From the NCBI GenBank assembly GCA_963827655.1, contig CAWHCF010000013.1:44201-108200 (forward strand): a DNA stretch of 64,000 nt, in the 5' to 3' direction. Shown here piece by piece: positions 20,681 to 30,294 of the stretch. The notes beneath the pieces were generated by a model. The model ran no database searches. It had not been told where the DNA came from and saw only the letters and a list, made by a program, of their open reading frames with translations. Source of the stretch: an uncultured Acidobacteriota bacterium (GTDB taxonomy: Bacteria > Acidobacteriota > UBA6911). Numbering within the stretch: position 1 is the stretch's first letter; every line of letters begins with the position of its first letter. A program made the position numbers and the translations under genes.

Positions 20681-20844
20681 CGATTCTTTCACGGAATGTC
20701 GCGGAAGAAGCAGCCTGGCTTGCCTGGAAAACATCGGGTACGCGGTCAGGCGGACTGTTTCGGGGGAGCGGATCAACAACCGGTCGGCGATGACCCCCAA
20801 AAGCGGAAAACCCAACAAACTGGAATACACCAAAACCGATTGAT

Positions 20845-21921
20845 CTACCGCAGGGTGCGGATGAAGCTGCGGATGACCTCGCTCTTTTCGTCCGGTCGTT
20901 CCGTGTATTGATGGACTTCCAGCCCACCGATGTCGCTGGGCAGCTCGAGATCACTTTCTCTAACCAGCAGGAGCAGGCGGTCGAGTCCCAGTCGGCCCCA
21001 GAACCATCCCAACTCGAGCCAGACGTTCTGGCGCGCCCGCTTTCGGAGGTTGGTTCCACCGGCGATCCCTCCGAGATCGTCGGGCGTCGCCACGACGATC
21101 GCGCCCTGCCCCTCGCCGGCGAGCCGTTCAAGCTTCGCCGGTAAGGTAGCGCCGGACACGAACTCCTCCTTCATTACCGTGAGTTGCACATTCAGCTCGT
21201 CCTCGTGTCGATTGAGAAAATTCTCCAGCAATTCGTGATCGAGGCCGTGTCCGTGGACGATGAAGATCTTCAACCGACGAGGGCCTTCGGCCCCGAGAGC
21301 TTTGAGTGCCAAGGACCGAACAGTGTCGTTCCAGGGATTCTCGAACTGGCTCAACAGATCCGGCTCGAGCATATGAGCGCGCCAGTCGTCCGATGCGCGG
21401 TTGAATGTATTCCGAAACTCATAGATCAGTTCGGCTCCCGCCCCGCCGAACGCGCCTACAGGAACGACGCGGCGGCGGCTGACCGCGCCGGCGATTCCCG
21501 CGTAATAGGCCTTTTCCGCTCCCCCGAGAATTACCGCCGCATCGGAATGCCGAATGACGCTCAGCTTGAGGAAAGCCGGCTCATCCGGACCCCAGCGCTC
21601 CGTCAGGAACGTCAGAGTGGACCGCCAATTTGCGAACAGGTCCGCTTCTTGAATTTTCGGCCGCACGAGCAGGATTTTGCCGCGGTTGTTCGCTGGGTCG
21701 AGCTTGACCGCCTGAGCAGCACCCTCGACGGCATGGTAGTCGGCGGTGCCGGGCTCACCCGAGGCGACAACCAGGGTGTGGCCGAGAGTGAAGATCCGGG
21801 AGCCAAGCGAACGACACGCCTCAGGGAAGATCTCGTGGTTCTTCGTGTGCCACTTGCTCTCGCCGGCCGTCTCGTGAGTTCCGGCCGCCGCCACCAGACC
21901 GCCGAGGAACGCGATATTCAT
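20845..21921 (-). CDS. SLOG domain - TIR (PF10137, CAP12/Pycsar-type) fusion protein
   Basis: N-terminal LOG-like motifs (EACRSLG, GHTLVV, TAD, SDAAVILGG, PVGAFGGAG); C-terminal KIFIVHGH, AIVVATPDD, RARQNVWLELGWFWGRLG, LPSDIGG. Confidence 0.8.
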   Translation of the reverse strand: MNIAFLGGLVAAAGTHETAGESKWHTKNHEIFPEACRSLGSRIFTLGHTLVVASGEPGTADYHAVEGAAQAVKLDPANNRGKILLVRPKIQEADLFANWRSTLTFLTERWGPDEPAFLKLSVIRHSDAAVILGGAEKAYYAGIAGAVSRRRVVPVGAFGGAGAELIYEFRNTFNRASDDWRAHMLEPDLLSQFENPWNDTVRSLALKALGAEGPRRLKIFIVHGHGLDHELLENFLNRHEDELNVQLTVMKEEFVSGATLPAKLERLAGEGQGAIVVATPDDLGGIAGGTNLRKRARQNVWLELGWFWGRLGLDRLLLLVRESDLELPSDIGGLEVHQYTERPDEKSEVIRSFIRTLR

Positions 21922-22076
21922 GAGTCCAGACTCTACTTTCGGCGTGGGAGTCCGTCAATCGCTCGCTTGATTCTGGCACCGTCAGGAACTGCTCGCCGCT
22001 GGTTACGTATCTATGGGAGTTACCGCTCAGAAGCAAAAGCCACCACTAAGGGTTCGCGCAGAAATAGGTTCGCATT

Positions 22077-22181
22077 CTGCTGCAGGCCCCCAGGCCCGCT
22101 GGCGAGGCGCGAGCGACGATGCGTACCCGGTGCGGTACGTGAGGAGCGAGCAACAAAGCCAGCGGGCCTGCGGGCCGCAGC
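22077..22181. repeat. REP/MITE-like nested palindrome
   Basis: Perfect 13-bp IR CAGGCCCGCTGGC (22091-22103) / GCCAGCGGGCCTG (22158-22170) enclosing a CGTACC..GGTACG hairpin. Confidence 0.8.
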
Positions 22182-22316
22182 CGACGGGCGCGATCCTCAG
22201 CGTGTTAGCCTCGCCACGGAATTGTGATTTATAATGGGCGCGGTCGGCGCCGCCGGGCGCAGCAAGATTCACTGTCGGTGGCGCGGACCAAACCAGCTTG
22301 CATCAGGGGGGAAGAG

Positions 22317-25300
22317 ATGCATAGGTTCACCAGAGTTTGCCGGCACGCCGGATGGATTGGCATTCTGTCTCTGTTTGCGGTCTCCACTGTTTATGCTCAG
22401 GTCTCCACCGGGAGCATTGCAGGCCAAGTCACGGATCAGTCGCGCGCCGTGGTGCCGTCGGCCGCTGTGACCCTGACCAATGAGGGAACGGGCGCCGAGA
22501 GAAACACGAAAACCGATTCGGCGGGCAACTACGTGTTTCCGCTGGTTGCGCCGGGCACCTACCTGCTGCGGGCGGTGGCGCCAGGGTTCAGCTCGTATGA
22601 AGTTTCCGGCCTCGAGGTGCAGGTGGCGCAACAGGTAACCCACAATCTTCAGCTCCGGGTGGGAGACACTGCCACCAAACTCGAAGTGGTGGCAACCACT
22701 CCCGTGCTGGAACAACGAAATGCGGAAATAGGGCAAGTCATCGGACAGAGGGAAGTGGTCGAGCTGCCGCTGAACGGACGCAACTTTCTTGATCTCGCCA
22801 AGCTGGTTCCAGGGGTCACCGAGCTGGCCGGGACCTCGCAAAGCAACGGGCTGGCGATCAACGGGCAGCGCGCCAACCAGATCGGCTTCTACTTCGACGG
22901 CGTGGACACGCGGACCGAGACAAGCGGCAGACCGGCCTTCGCGCCCTCGATCGAGGCGATCCAGGAATTCAAGATTCAGCAGAATGACTTCGCCGCGGAA
23001 TATGGGCGAAACCCGGCCGGCATCAATCTTACGCTGAAGCCGGGAACGAACGAGTTTCATGGCAGCCTGTTCGAGTTTCTGAGGAACGATGCTCTCGACG
23101 CGCGCAGCTTTTTTTCACCCAGCGTGGACCCGCTGCGCCGAAATCAGTTTGGCGCGGTGGTGAGCGGGCCGGTGGTGCGCAACAGGACATTCGTGATGGG
23201 CGATTATGAGGGATTGCGCACCCGGCGGGCGAATACGTTGTTCCGGAGTGTTCCGACCAACGAACAGCGAGAAGGGAACTTCGCGGGCGGCCCGCAAATC
23301 TTCGATCCGCTCACGCTGAATCCGTCAACCAACACGCGGCAGCCCTTTCCCGGCAATGTCATTCCCAAGACGCGCTTCGGCCAGATGGGAAACTCGAGCC
23401 TGAAATACTATCCCGCGCCGAATACACCGCCGTCGGGCGGCTTCAACTACGTGGTCAGCGATTCAGGGCGCAATGACGGGGATCAGTTTCACACCCGGAT
23501 CGATCACCAGATCGGTGAGAAAGACTCGCTGTTTGGAAGGTATTCCTACAGCCAGGGAGAAGTAATATCTCCTGCCGGTTTACCCTTGACCGGCGGACTG
23601 CAGGAAACGAAGGCGAACAGCATCACGGTCCAGGAATCGCACACGTTCAGCGCGACCAAAGTCAACCAGTTTCGGGTCTACTGGACCTATTTCAAGGACC
23701 GTGCGGGGTTTCCTCTTGCCGATCGTAATCTCGCCGCGGAGGAGTTCGGCCTGCTGAATCTCACTCCGGCGAGCACGGCTTACGGCCTGCCTCAGCTGAT
23801 TGTGACCGGGCTCACGACCATGGGCGCTAATCCGTTTCAGCCGTTCGGGCCGCGGGAAAACATGTATGGTCTGGCCGACGATTTCAGCTGGATCGCGGGC
23901 CGCCACGCGATGAAGTTCGGGTTTCGACGGGCGTTACTATCGTCCGGCCGCGCTGGTCCAGCAGACACCGAACAGCATTCTGACTTTCGAAAACCGGTTC
24001 ACGAACCAGCCCGGCGTTTCCGGAACGGGAAGCGCGGTAGCCGACCTCTTGCTCGGGTTTCCCTATTCCGGCCGGGCTACCCAGTTCGCGGAGAGCAACG
24101 GGTGGGTGACGCTGAAGTATTACTACTTCGGATTCTACGTTCAGGACGAGATCCGGCTGACTCCAACCTTCACGATTAACGTAGGGCTGCGCTACGAGTA
24201 CCAGACTCCTTACTACGAGCGGTTTGGCGACCTCGCGATATTCGACCTGGCGAACTCCAGGTTTCTGAAGCTGGACGAAGATATCGACCGGCTGCACGAT
24301 CCGGATCTCAACAACTTTGCTCCGCGTGTCGGATTCGCTTACTCTGTGACACCCAGGACGGTGTTGCGAGCCGGCGCCGGAGTCTTTTACGGCCAGCCGC
24401 GCGGATCCGAATTCTCGTCGTTCCAGTTGTCGCCGCCGTTTGTCATCGATGGCACTCTTGTCTCCAATCCGCTGACGCCCGATCTGATCGGCAGGCTATT
24501 CCCCAGGCCACAGGTGCGCGACCCCGCGACTGGCCAGATACTCCTGTCGCCCAACACCAACGTTTTCTCGCTCGATCCCGGTTTCCGCACCAACTACACC
24601 TATCAATGGAATTTCGGCATCCAGCAGGAGCTGGCCAATGGCTTGCTCTTCGAAGCGGCGTACGTCGGCAACAGCGCCCACAAGCTCACGGGGCGCGATC
24701 TCCCCAACCAGGCCGTCCCCGACCCGGACCCGTCGAGGCCTACGCCGGTAATCAGCCGCCGTCCCAACCCGAACATCGGCGATGTCAGCTATGTCAGTTC
24801 GCTCGACAATTCCAACTACCACGGTTTGAATGTGAAGCTGAACAACCGGTTCGCCAACGGTATTTCGGTCCTGGGCGCGTACACTTACTCCAAGGTGATG
24901 GGAATCGGCGGCGCGCTATTCGGCGACCAGTCCCGCCAGGCGGACGCGCGCAATCGCCGGGCCGAGTACGCGCGGCTGGAATTCGACCAGAGCCAGCGGC
25001 TGACCGTCGCCTGGATCTATGAGCTTCCGTTTGGAAGGGGCAAGGCGCTAGGCTCGAACCTCTCCGGAGCGGCGGGGGCGTTCGCGGGCGGCTGGTCCAT
25101 CCAGGGCGCGTACACGGCGCACTCGGGATTCCCGTTGACGCCGGCGTCCAGCGTTTCTTCGAACGTGGGCAGGCAGGACGTGAATCGGCCCGATCGCCTC
25201 TGCGACGGCAACCTGGGCGGAGACGAGCGCACGCTGAACCGCTGGTTTGACACCAGCTGTTTCGCGAATCAGCCCTTCGGGCGCTTCGGCACTTCCGGAA

Positions 25301-25542
25301 ACGGGGTGATCATCGGCCCGGGCGTGAACAACTTCGACTTCACGATCATGAAGAACACCGCAATTCCGCTGGGATCCCGCGAACCGGCGACGCTGCAGTT
25401 TCGCGCGGAATTCTTCAACGGATTCAACCACCCCTCGTTCGGAGACCCCAATCTAGGCACCGGCACCGCACAATTCGGCGTGATTCGCAGCACGCGGATC
25501 AATGGCCGGGAGATCCAGCTGGCGCTGAAGTTCTTGTTCTGA
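22317..25542 (+). CDS. TonB-dependent receptor (Oar-like), frameshift near 23925
   Basis: ORFs 22224-24179 and 24049-25542 join into one receptor: ELPLNGRN, YVQDE, NNFAPRVG, QFRAEFFN, REIQLALKFLF. Confidence 0.88.
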
Positions 25543-25544
25543 CC

Positions 25545-27062
25545 ATGACCCATACCTCGAGAGATGCCCCAACGACAGAGCCGGATATTGCCCTGCCGAC
25601 TCCCCGGATACCACGGCGAAAGCCGCTGACTGCGCACGTTGGCGTCTTCGGCGTCGGCCACCACAGCTACTGGCCGCAATTCGAGGGACTGCTGGAGGAG
25701 ATGCATCGGAAGCTCGCGGTCTTCACTGCCAAAGTTCGCGCTTGCGGGGTGCGGGTGACCGATTTCGGCTTGGTAGACGACGCTCGGTCGGCCTACGCAC
25801 TGCGCGACCGGCTCAAAGCCGCCGGGCTCGATCTCATCTTTTGCGACCTGGTGACCTACGCCACTTCGGCGACGTTCGGCGCCATCATCCGCGATCTCGA
25901 CGTGCCGATCGTGCTCGTGGCGTTACAGCCGCTCGAGGCCATGGATTACTCGCGGGCGTCGACCTTCATGCAGCTCTGCAACGACGACTTCTGCTCGGTG
26001 CCCGAGTTCACCGGCGTGGCCATCCGGATGGGGAAGAGACCGCCGCCGCTGGTTCTGGGAACTCTGGAAGGCGATGCCGAAGCCGATGCCGAAATTGCCG
26101 GCTGGTGCCGGATCGCGCGCGTGCTGCACGATCTGAAGCATGCCCGGATCGGTCATTTCGGGCACGTGCTCGAGAACATGCTCGACATGCACACCGACCA
26201 CACGGCGTTGACCGCGTCTTTCGGCTGTCACATCGTGCAAACCGAAGCTGACGAGCTCATGCGGCACTTCCGTAAAGTCTCGGACGCCGATGTTGAGCCG
26301 AGGAAGAATCAGATCCTCGAGATCTTTGAGACTCCCGACCCGAAGTCCGATCCGATTACGAGAAAATTGACCCCCGAGGACCTGGACCTGGCAGCCCGGG
26401 TTGCGGTGGCGCTCGAGCGGTTCGTCGACGAACTTGAACTGGACGGCCTCACCTATTACTACGAAGGGGAGCCGGACAGTCCGATGCGGCGGCTGGTGAG
26501 CAACCTGACCGTCGGCAACTCGCTGCTGACCGCGGCCGGATTCCCGATGTGCGGCGAGGCGGATCTCAAGACCTGCATCGCCATGCTGATTGAAGACCGG
26601 CTGGACATTGGCGGCAGCTTCGCTGAGTTTCACCCCATCGACTTCAGGGAGGGATTCGTCCTCGTGGGACACGACGGCCCGCATCACCTCAACATTGCCG
26701 ATGGAAGGCCCATTCTGCGCAGTCTGGTGAAGTATCACGGCAAGCCCGGCTCCGGCGCCAGTGTGGAGTTCAAGATCAAAGAGGGGCCCATCACCATGCT
26801 CGGCATCGGGATCACCTATGGCGGGCGGTTCAAATTCGTCATCGCCGAAGGGCAGAGTGTTCACGGTCCCATACCGCCCACCGGCAATACCAATACCCGC
26901 GGCTTCTTCCGGCCCGATGTCCGGACGTTCCTGAAGCGCTGGGTGGCAGAGGGGCCGACTCACCACTTTGCCTTGGGTATCGGGCACCACGCTGAACTCG
27001 TTCAGCGGGTGGGACAGATTCTGGGCCTGGAGACCGCCGTCGTTGCCCGGGGGTCGGACTGA
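25545..27062 (+). CDS. L-arabinose/L-fucose isomerase family protein
   Basis: YWPQFEGL, TYATS, CSVPE, GMLD-like NMLD, GEAD, SFAEF, GHDGPHH, GNTNTR, GPTHHFALG. Confidence 0.82.
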   Translation: MTHTSRDAPTTEPDIALPTPRIPRRKPLTAHVGVFGVGHHSYWPQFEGLLEEMHRKLAVFTAKVRACGVRVTDFGLVDDARSAYALRDRLKAAGLDLIFCDLVTYATSATFGAIIRDLDVPIVLVALQPLEAMDYSRASTFMQLCNDDFCSVPEFTGVAIRMGKRPPPLVLGTLEGDAEADAEIAGWCRIARVLHDLKHARIGHFGHVLENMLDMHTDHTALTASFGCHIVQTEADELMRHFRKVSDADVEPRKNQILEIFETPDPKSDPITRKLTPEDLDLAARVAVALERFVDELELDGLTYYYEGEPDSPMRRLVSNLTVGNSLLTAAGFPMCGEADLKTCIAMLIEDRLDIGGSFAEFHPIDFREGFVLVGHDGPHHLNIADGRPILRSLVKYHGKPGSGASVEFKIKEGPITMLGIGITYGGRFKFVIAEGQSVHGPIPPTGNTNTRGFFRPDVRTFLKRWVAEGPTHHFALGIGHHAELVQRVGQILGLETAVVARGSD

Positions 27063-28334
27063 TTGCTGCTCGCCGGGCGCTTCCGCTGGTTCATCGCAAT
27101 CCTCCTCTTTCTTGCCTCGGCGCTGAGCTTTTTCGACCGGCAGGTATTGTCGGTGCTGGCTCCCGAGATCCTGGCCGACCTGCGCATGACCAACGTCGAG
27201 TATTCCCATGCAGTGTCGGCCTTCACTCTGGCCTACAGCATCATGTTCACGGTCGGCGGACGGCTGGTGGACTATGTCGGGACCCGTCTGGGACTCGGCC
27301 TGTCGGTTGCGTTCTGGACGGTGGCCAGCCTTCTCCATAGCCTGGTTCAGAGCAGCCCGGAGCTGAGTTTCTTCCGATTCCTGCTCGGAGCGGGAGAAGG
27401 GGGCTGTTTTCCCGGCGCAGCCAGGGGGATCCTGGAATGGTTTCCGGCGCGGGAACGCGCGCTGGCCATGGGCATCGCCACCACGGGCGGTTCGGCGATC
27501 GGCGCTGTGCTGGCGCCGCCGCTGATCGTGTGGGCTGCGGCGCAGACCGGGTGGCGGGGCGCCTTCGTCGTGACGGGGTTGATCGGCGCGGTGTGGGTTT
27601 TCCTGTGGTTTGCGTTCTACCGGCAACCCGAACAGTCACGCTTTGCTACGGACGTCGAACGAAACCACATACTGGCCGATCGTACCCGGCAGACTGATGA
27701 GCGTGCGCGGCGTCCCTGGCCGCTCGCAAAGCTTCTTTCCCGCAAAGAAGTCTGGGGCGTCACCCTGACACGCTTCCTGCTCGACCCGGTCTTCTATTTC
27801 TACATGTTCTGGATCCCGCAGTATCTGCATCAGGAGCGGGGCGCCTCGCTGCAGGACATTGGACGCCTGACGTGGATTCCCTTTTTCACGCTCGGCGTTT
27901 CTTCGCTGGCAGGCGGCGCCGTGTCGGACATTCTGGTGCGGCGCGGCTGGACCACCGGCCGCGCGCGCAAGACCATCATGGCGGCGGCGGCCTTTCTGAC
28001 GCCGGTCTCGATTCTGGCGTTATATGCTCCGGATTCGTTCTGGGCTGTGGTTCTTCTCGGCGTCCTGATGTTCGCGCACGGATTCTGGATGACCAACTAC
28101 ATGACACTCATCGCCGACCTGTTCCCGCCTTCCACTGTCGCGACGGTGGTGGGTCTCACCGGAACGGCGGGGGGCATCGGAGGTTTTCTGTCGAGCCTCA
28201 TGGTTGGCCGATTCGTCGAAGCCTGGTCATTCACGCCGGCGTTCGTGATTTGCGGGATACTCTACCCGGTCGGGCTGGTGATCATTCTCGTGACGATTCG
28301 GCGCGCGGAAGCCCAAGTGGAGTTGCAACAGTAG
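27063..28334 (+). CDS. MFS transporter (ExuT/ACS-like sugar-acid permease)
   Basis: RWFI..DRQ, RFLLGAGEGG, WFPARERA, DPVFYFYMFWIP. Confidence 0.88.
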   Translation: MLLAGRFRWFIAILLFLASALSFFDRQVLSVLAPEILADLRMTNVEYSHAVSAFTLAYSIMFTVGGRLVDYVGTRLGLGLSVAFWTVASLLHSLVQSSPELSFFRFLLGAGEGGCFPGAARGILEWFPARERALAMGIATTGGSAIGAVLAPPLIVWAAAQTGWRGAFVVTGLIGAVWVFLWFAFYRQPEQSRFATDVERNHILADRTRQTDERARRPWPLAKLLSRKEVWGVTLTRFLLDPVFYFYMFWIPQYLHQERGASLQDIGRLTWIPFFTLGVSSLAGGAVSDILVRRGWTTGRARKTIMAAAAFLTPVSILALYAPDSFWAVVLLGVLMFAHGFWMTNYMTLIADLFPPSTVATVVGLTGTAGGIGGFLSSLMVGRFVEAWSFTPAFVICGILYPVGLVIILVTIRRAEAQVELQQ

Positions 28335-28491
28335 CATCACCCCACTAACCACGAAGACTCGAAGACACCAAGAAACGCGAAGTCCCACGACGGTTCGACC
28401 CGTGGCAGCTCAGTTTCTTAACGGAGCATCGGCATCGTGGTATGGTGCTGTGACTTCCTTGAGTGCCAACCCCAAAACACTGGAGGCTAGA

Positions 28492-28840
28492 ATGGCGATT
28501 CGCACGTTCCAAATCTCGAGTTACACGGTCACACTGGGTGACAAGTTGACCGGCTTCTTTTGGTGGGACGACCATCAAGGCTCGAGGGGTTATTTCATGC
28601 ATAGGGCCCGATGACCAGCGCGTCGTAGCATACTTCCTGTCCGCTGATAGTCCGGTGCCGGCGCCTACAACGACCGTCGGGGGCAAATGGGGGCCTGTTT
28701 TCCTGGAGAAAGAACTGATTGGGCAGTGGATCGATTTGCTGCGAAACGAAACACCGCTGTACGGGTACATCAACACCGATCATCCGGAATGGACTAACAT
28801 CTCGACGAGTTCAGAACCCGTGGGAGAGCACGAAGTGTGA
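28492..28840 (+). CDS. Small hypothetical protein (frameshift near 28551)
   Basis: GGAGG RBS; joined frames give about 115 aa ending WIDLLRNETPLY...STSSEPVGEHEV. Confidence 0.55.
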
Positions 28841-28961
28841 CACGGACCGCTCGACGGCGGTGCCAAAAGCATCGTGAGATTTCTTTTTTCCTGGGGGAAC
28901 CCCTGTGCCTTGCAATCTAGTAGAATAGTCTCCACCAGGAAGCGGAGTGCATCCCAAAACC

Positions 28962-29823
28962 GTGAGCGACATCTTCATCAGCTACGCCAGGCCGGATCGC
29001 GCAAAGGCACAAATGCTGGCCAAGGCTCTTGAGGAACTAGGCTGGTCTGTTTGGTGGGACCCCAAGATCCGTCCCGGCAAAACCTTTCATGAGGTGATTA
29101 ATCAGGCACTGGAAGCGGCAAAGTGCGTCATCGTTTTGTGGTCACGAAAGTCAGTTCAGTCCAACTGGGTGATCGAGGAAGCCACAGAAGGAAAGGAGCG
29201 AAGAGTTCTCGTCCCGGCTTTAATTGAAGACGACGTCAAGATTCCACTTGGATTTCGGCAACTTCATGCGTCACGCCTAACGGATTGGCAGGGAGAGCCG
29301 ATGGGTCATTTCGAGTTTGACGAACTCAAGGAAGCGGTCAAGGACCTGCTAGGCGGCTCACTCAAGGTCAGCCCAGGTAAAGGAGCGGCCTCTGTAAAAG
29401 GGGCCCGTGAGGTACCTTGGCTTGCAGACTTGAAGTCGGAGGCGCTTGCCTCCGATCTTAAAGGTCCCGGAAGGCGTCTACCTCGACCCGGAAACGAAAT
29501 TGATGTGGACCATCAAGGACAACGGTCAAGACCTCACTTGGGAGGCGGCGAACGAATACGCCCGCCAATTGAGGCTGGGTGGCTATTCCGATTGGCGGTT
29601 ACCGACGATCGAAGAGCTGGAGCCACTCTATGATCCAAAGGGCGGAAAGGAATACAACATTAGAAAGCCGTTCCAGCTGACTTCTCACTGGGTCTGGAGC
29701 TCGACAAGGGAAGGCTCGGATTCCGCGTGGCGCTTCAACTTCGCCAGCGGCAAGCGCTACTCCTTCCACATGGACCACTCCGACTGCTTCCGCGCCTTGT
29801 GTGTGCGTCGTTCCGGAGAATGA
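28962..29823 (+). CDS. TIR_2 - DUF1566 (C-type-lectin-fold) protein, frameshift near 29465; candidate DGR target
   Basis: DIFISYA, WSVWWD, VIVLWS..SV.SNWVIEEA; then DPETKLMW, TWEAA, GGYSDWRLPTIEEL, WVWSS, AW.FNF, RALCVR. Confidence 0.82.
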
Positions 29824-29884
29824 TGTGGGTCATTAGGTCATTTGATTATTTTTTAGGTTTTTTCGGAAGAGGCGAGAAGGCAAT

Positions 29885-29944
29885 CTATTCAAGTAGGGCA
29901 CTGAGGTCAACATAGACGTCGATATCGATGATGTGCTTTGCCAC
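29885..29944 (-). pseudogene. Truncated PIN-domain (VapC-like) toxin N-terminus
   Basis: VAKHIIDIDVYVDL then an early stop; overlaps the antitoxin 3' end. Confidence 0.4.
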
Positions 29945-30137
29945 CTAAAGACATTTTATCCACCCCGCCTTTCCTGGCGACTTTTTCCAAAGACTTGAGG
30001 ATCTTTTCTCGGAAAACAACGAGATCTAATGCGGAGTCTATGGCCTCGGTTTCGGTCTTTGCGCCCAGGATCCTCTTGGCGCGGAGGATTTTCTTTTGAT
30101 CCAGATAGAAGTTCTTTCGTTTTAGGTTAGCTTTCAT
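29907..30137 (-). CDS. VapB-like antitoxin
   Basis: KRKNFYLD..KI.RAKRILGAKTETEAID.AL pattern. Confidence 0.65.
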   Translation of the reverse strand: MKANLKRKNFYLDQKKILRAKRILGAKTETEAIDSALDLVVFREKILKSLEKVARKGGVDKMSLGGKAHHRYRRLC

Positions 30138-30239
30138 ATCCCGCTCACATATGCACAATAAAACATTCCATACGTATCAACAACAAGTACACGCCACCGC
30201 TCAACCTCACTCAGTAGGCCGCGTGAAGCTAAACTCCAG

Positions 30240-30287
30240 AGGCGAAACAAGCTTCGCCAAACCAGCGGTAAGGCGGCCGCACTCCAG
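30240..30287 (-). repeat. Dispersed REP-like element, family A copy 2
   Basis: Reverse complement CTGGAGTGCGGCCGCCTTACCGCTGGTTTGGCGAAGCTTGTTTCGCC matches the 15974 copy. Confidence 0.7.
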
Positions 30288-30294
30288 GAGTGCG

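Noticed and set aside
20601-20911. Short ORFs between the receptor and SLOG-TIR as a partner gene
   Set aside because: They overlap a palindrome and have no clear RBS or recognisable motif.
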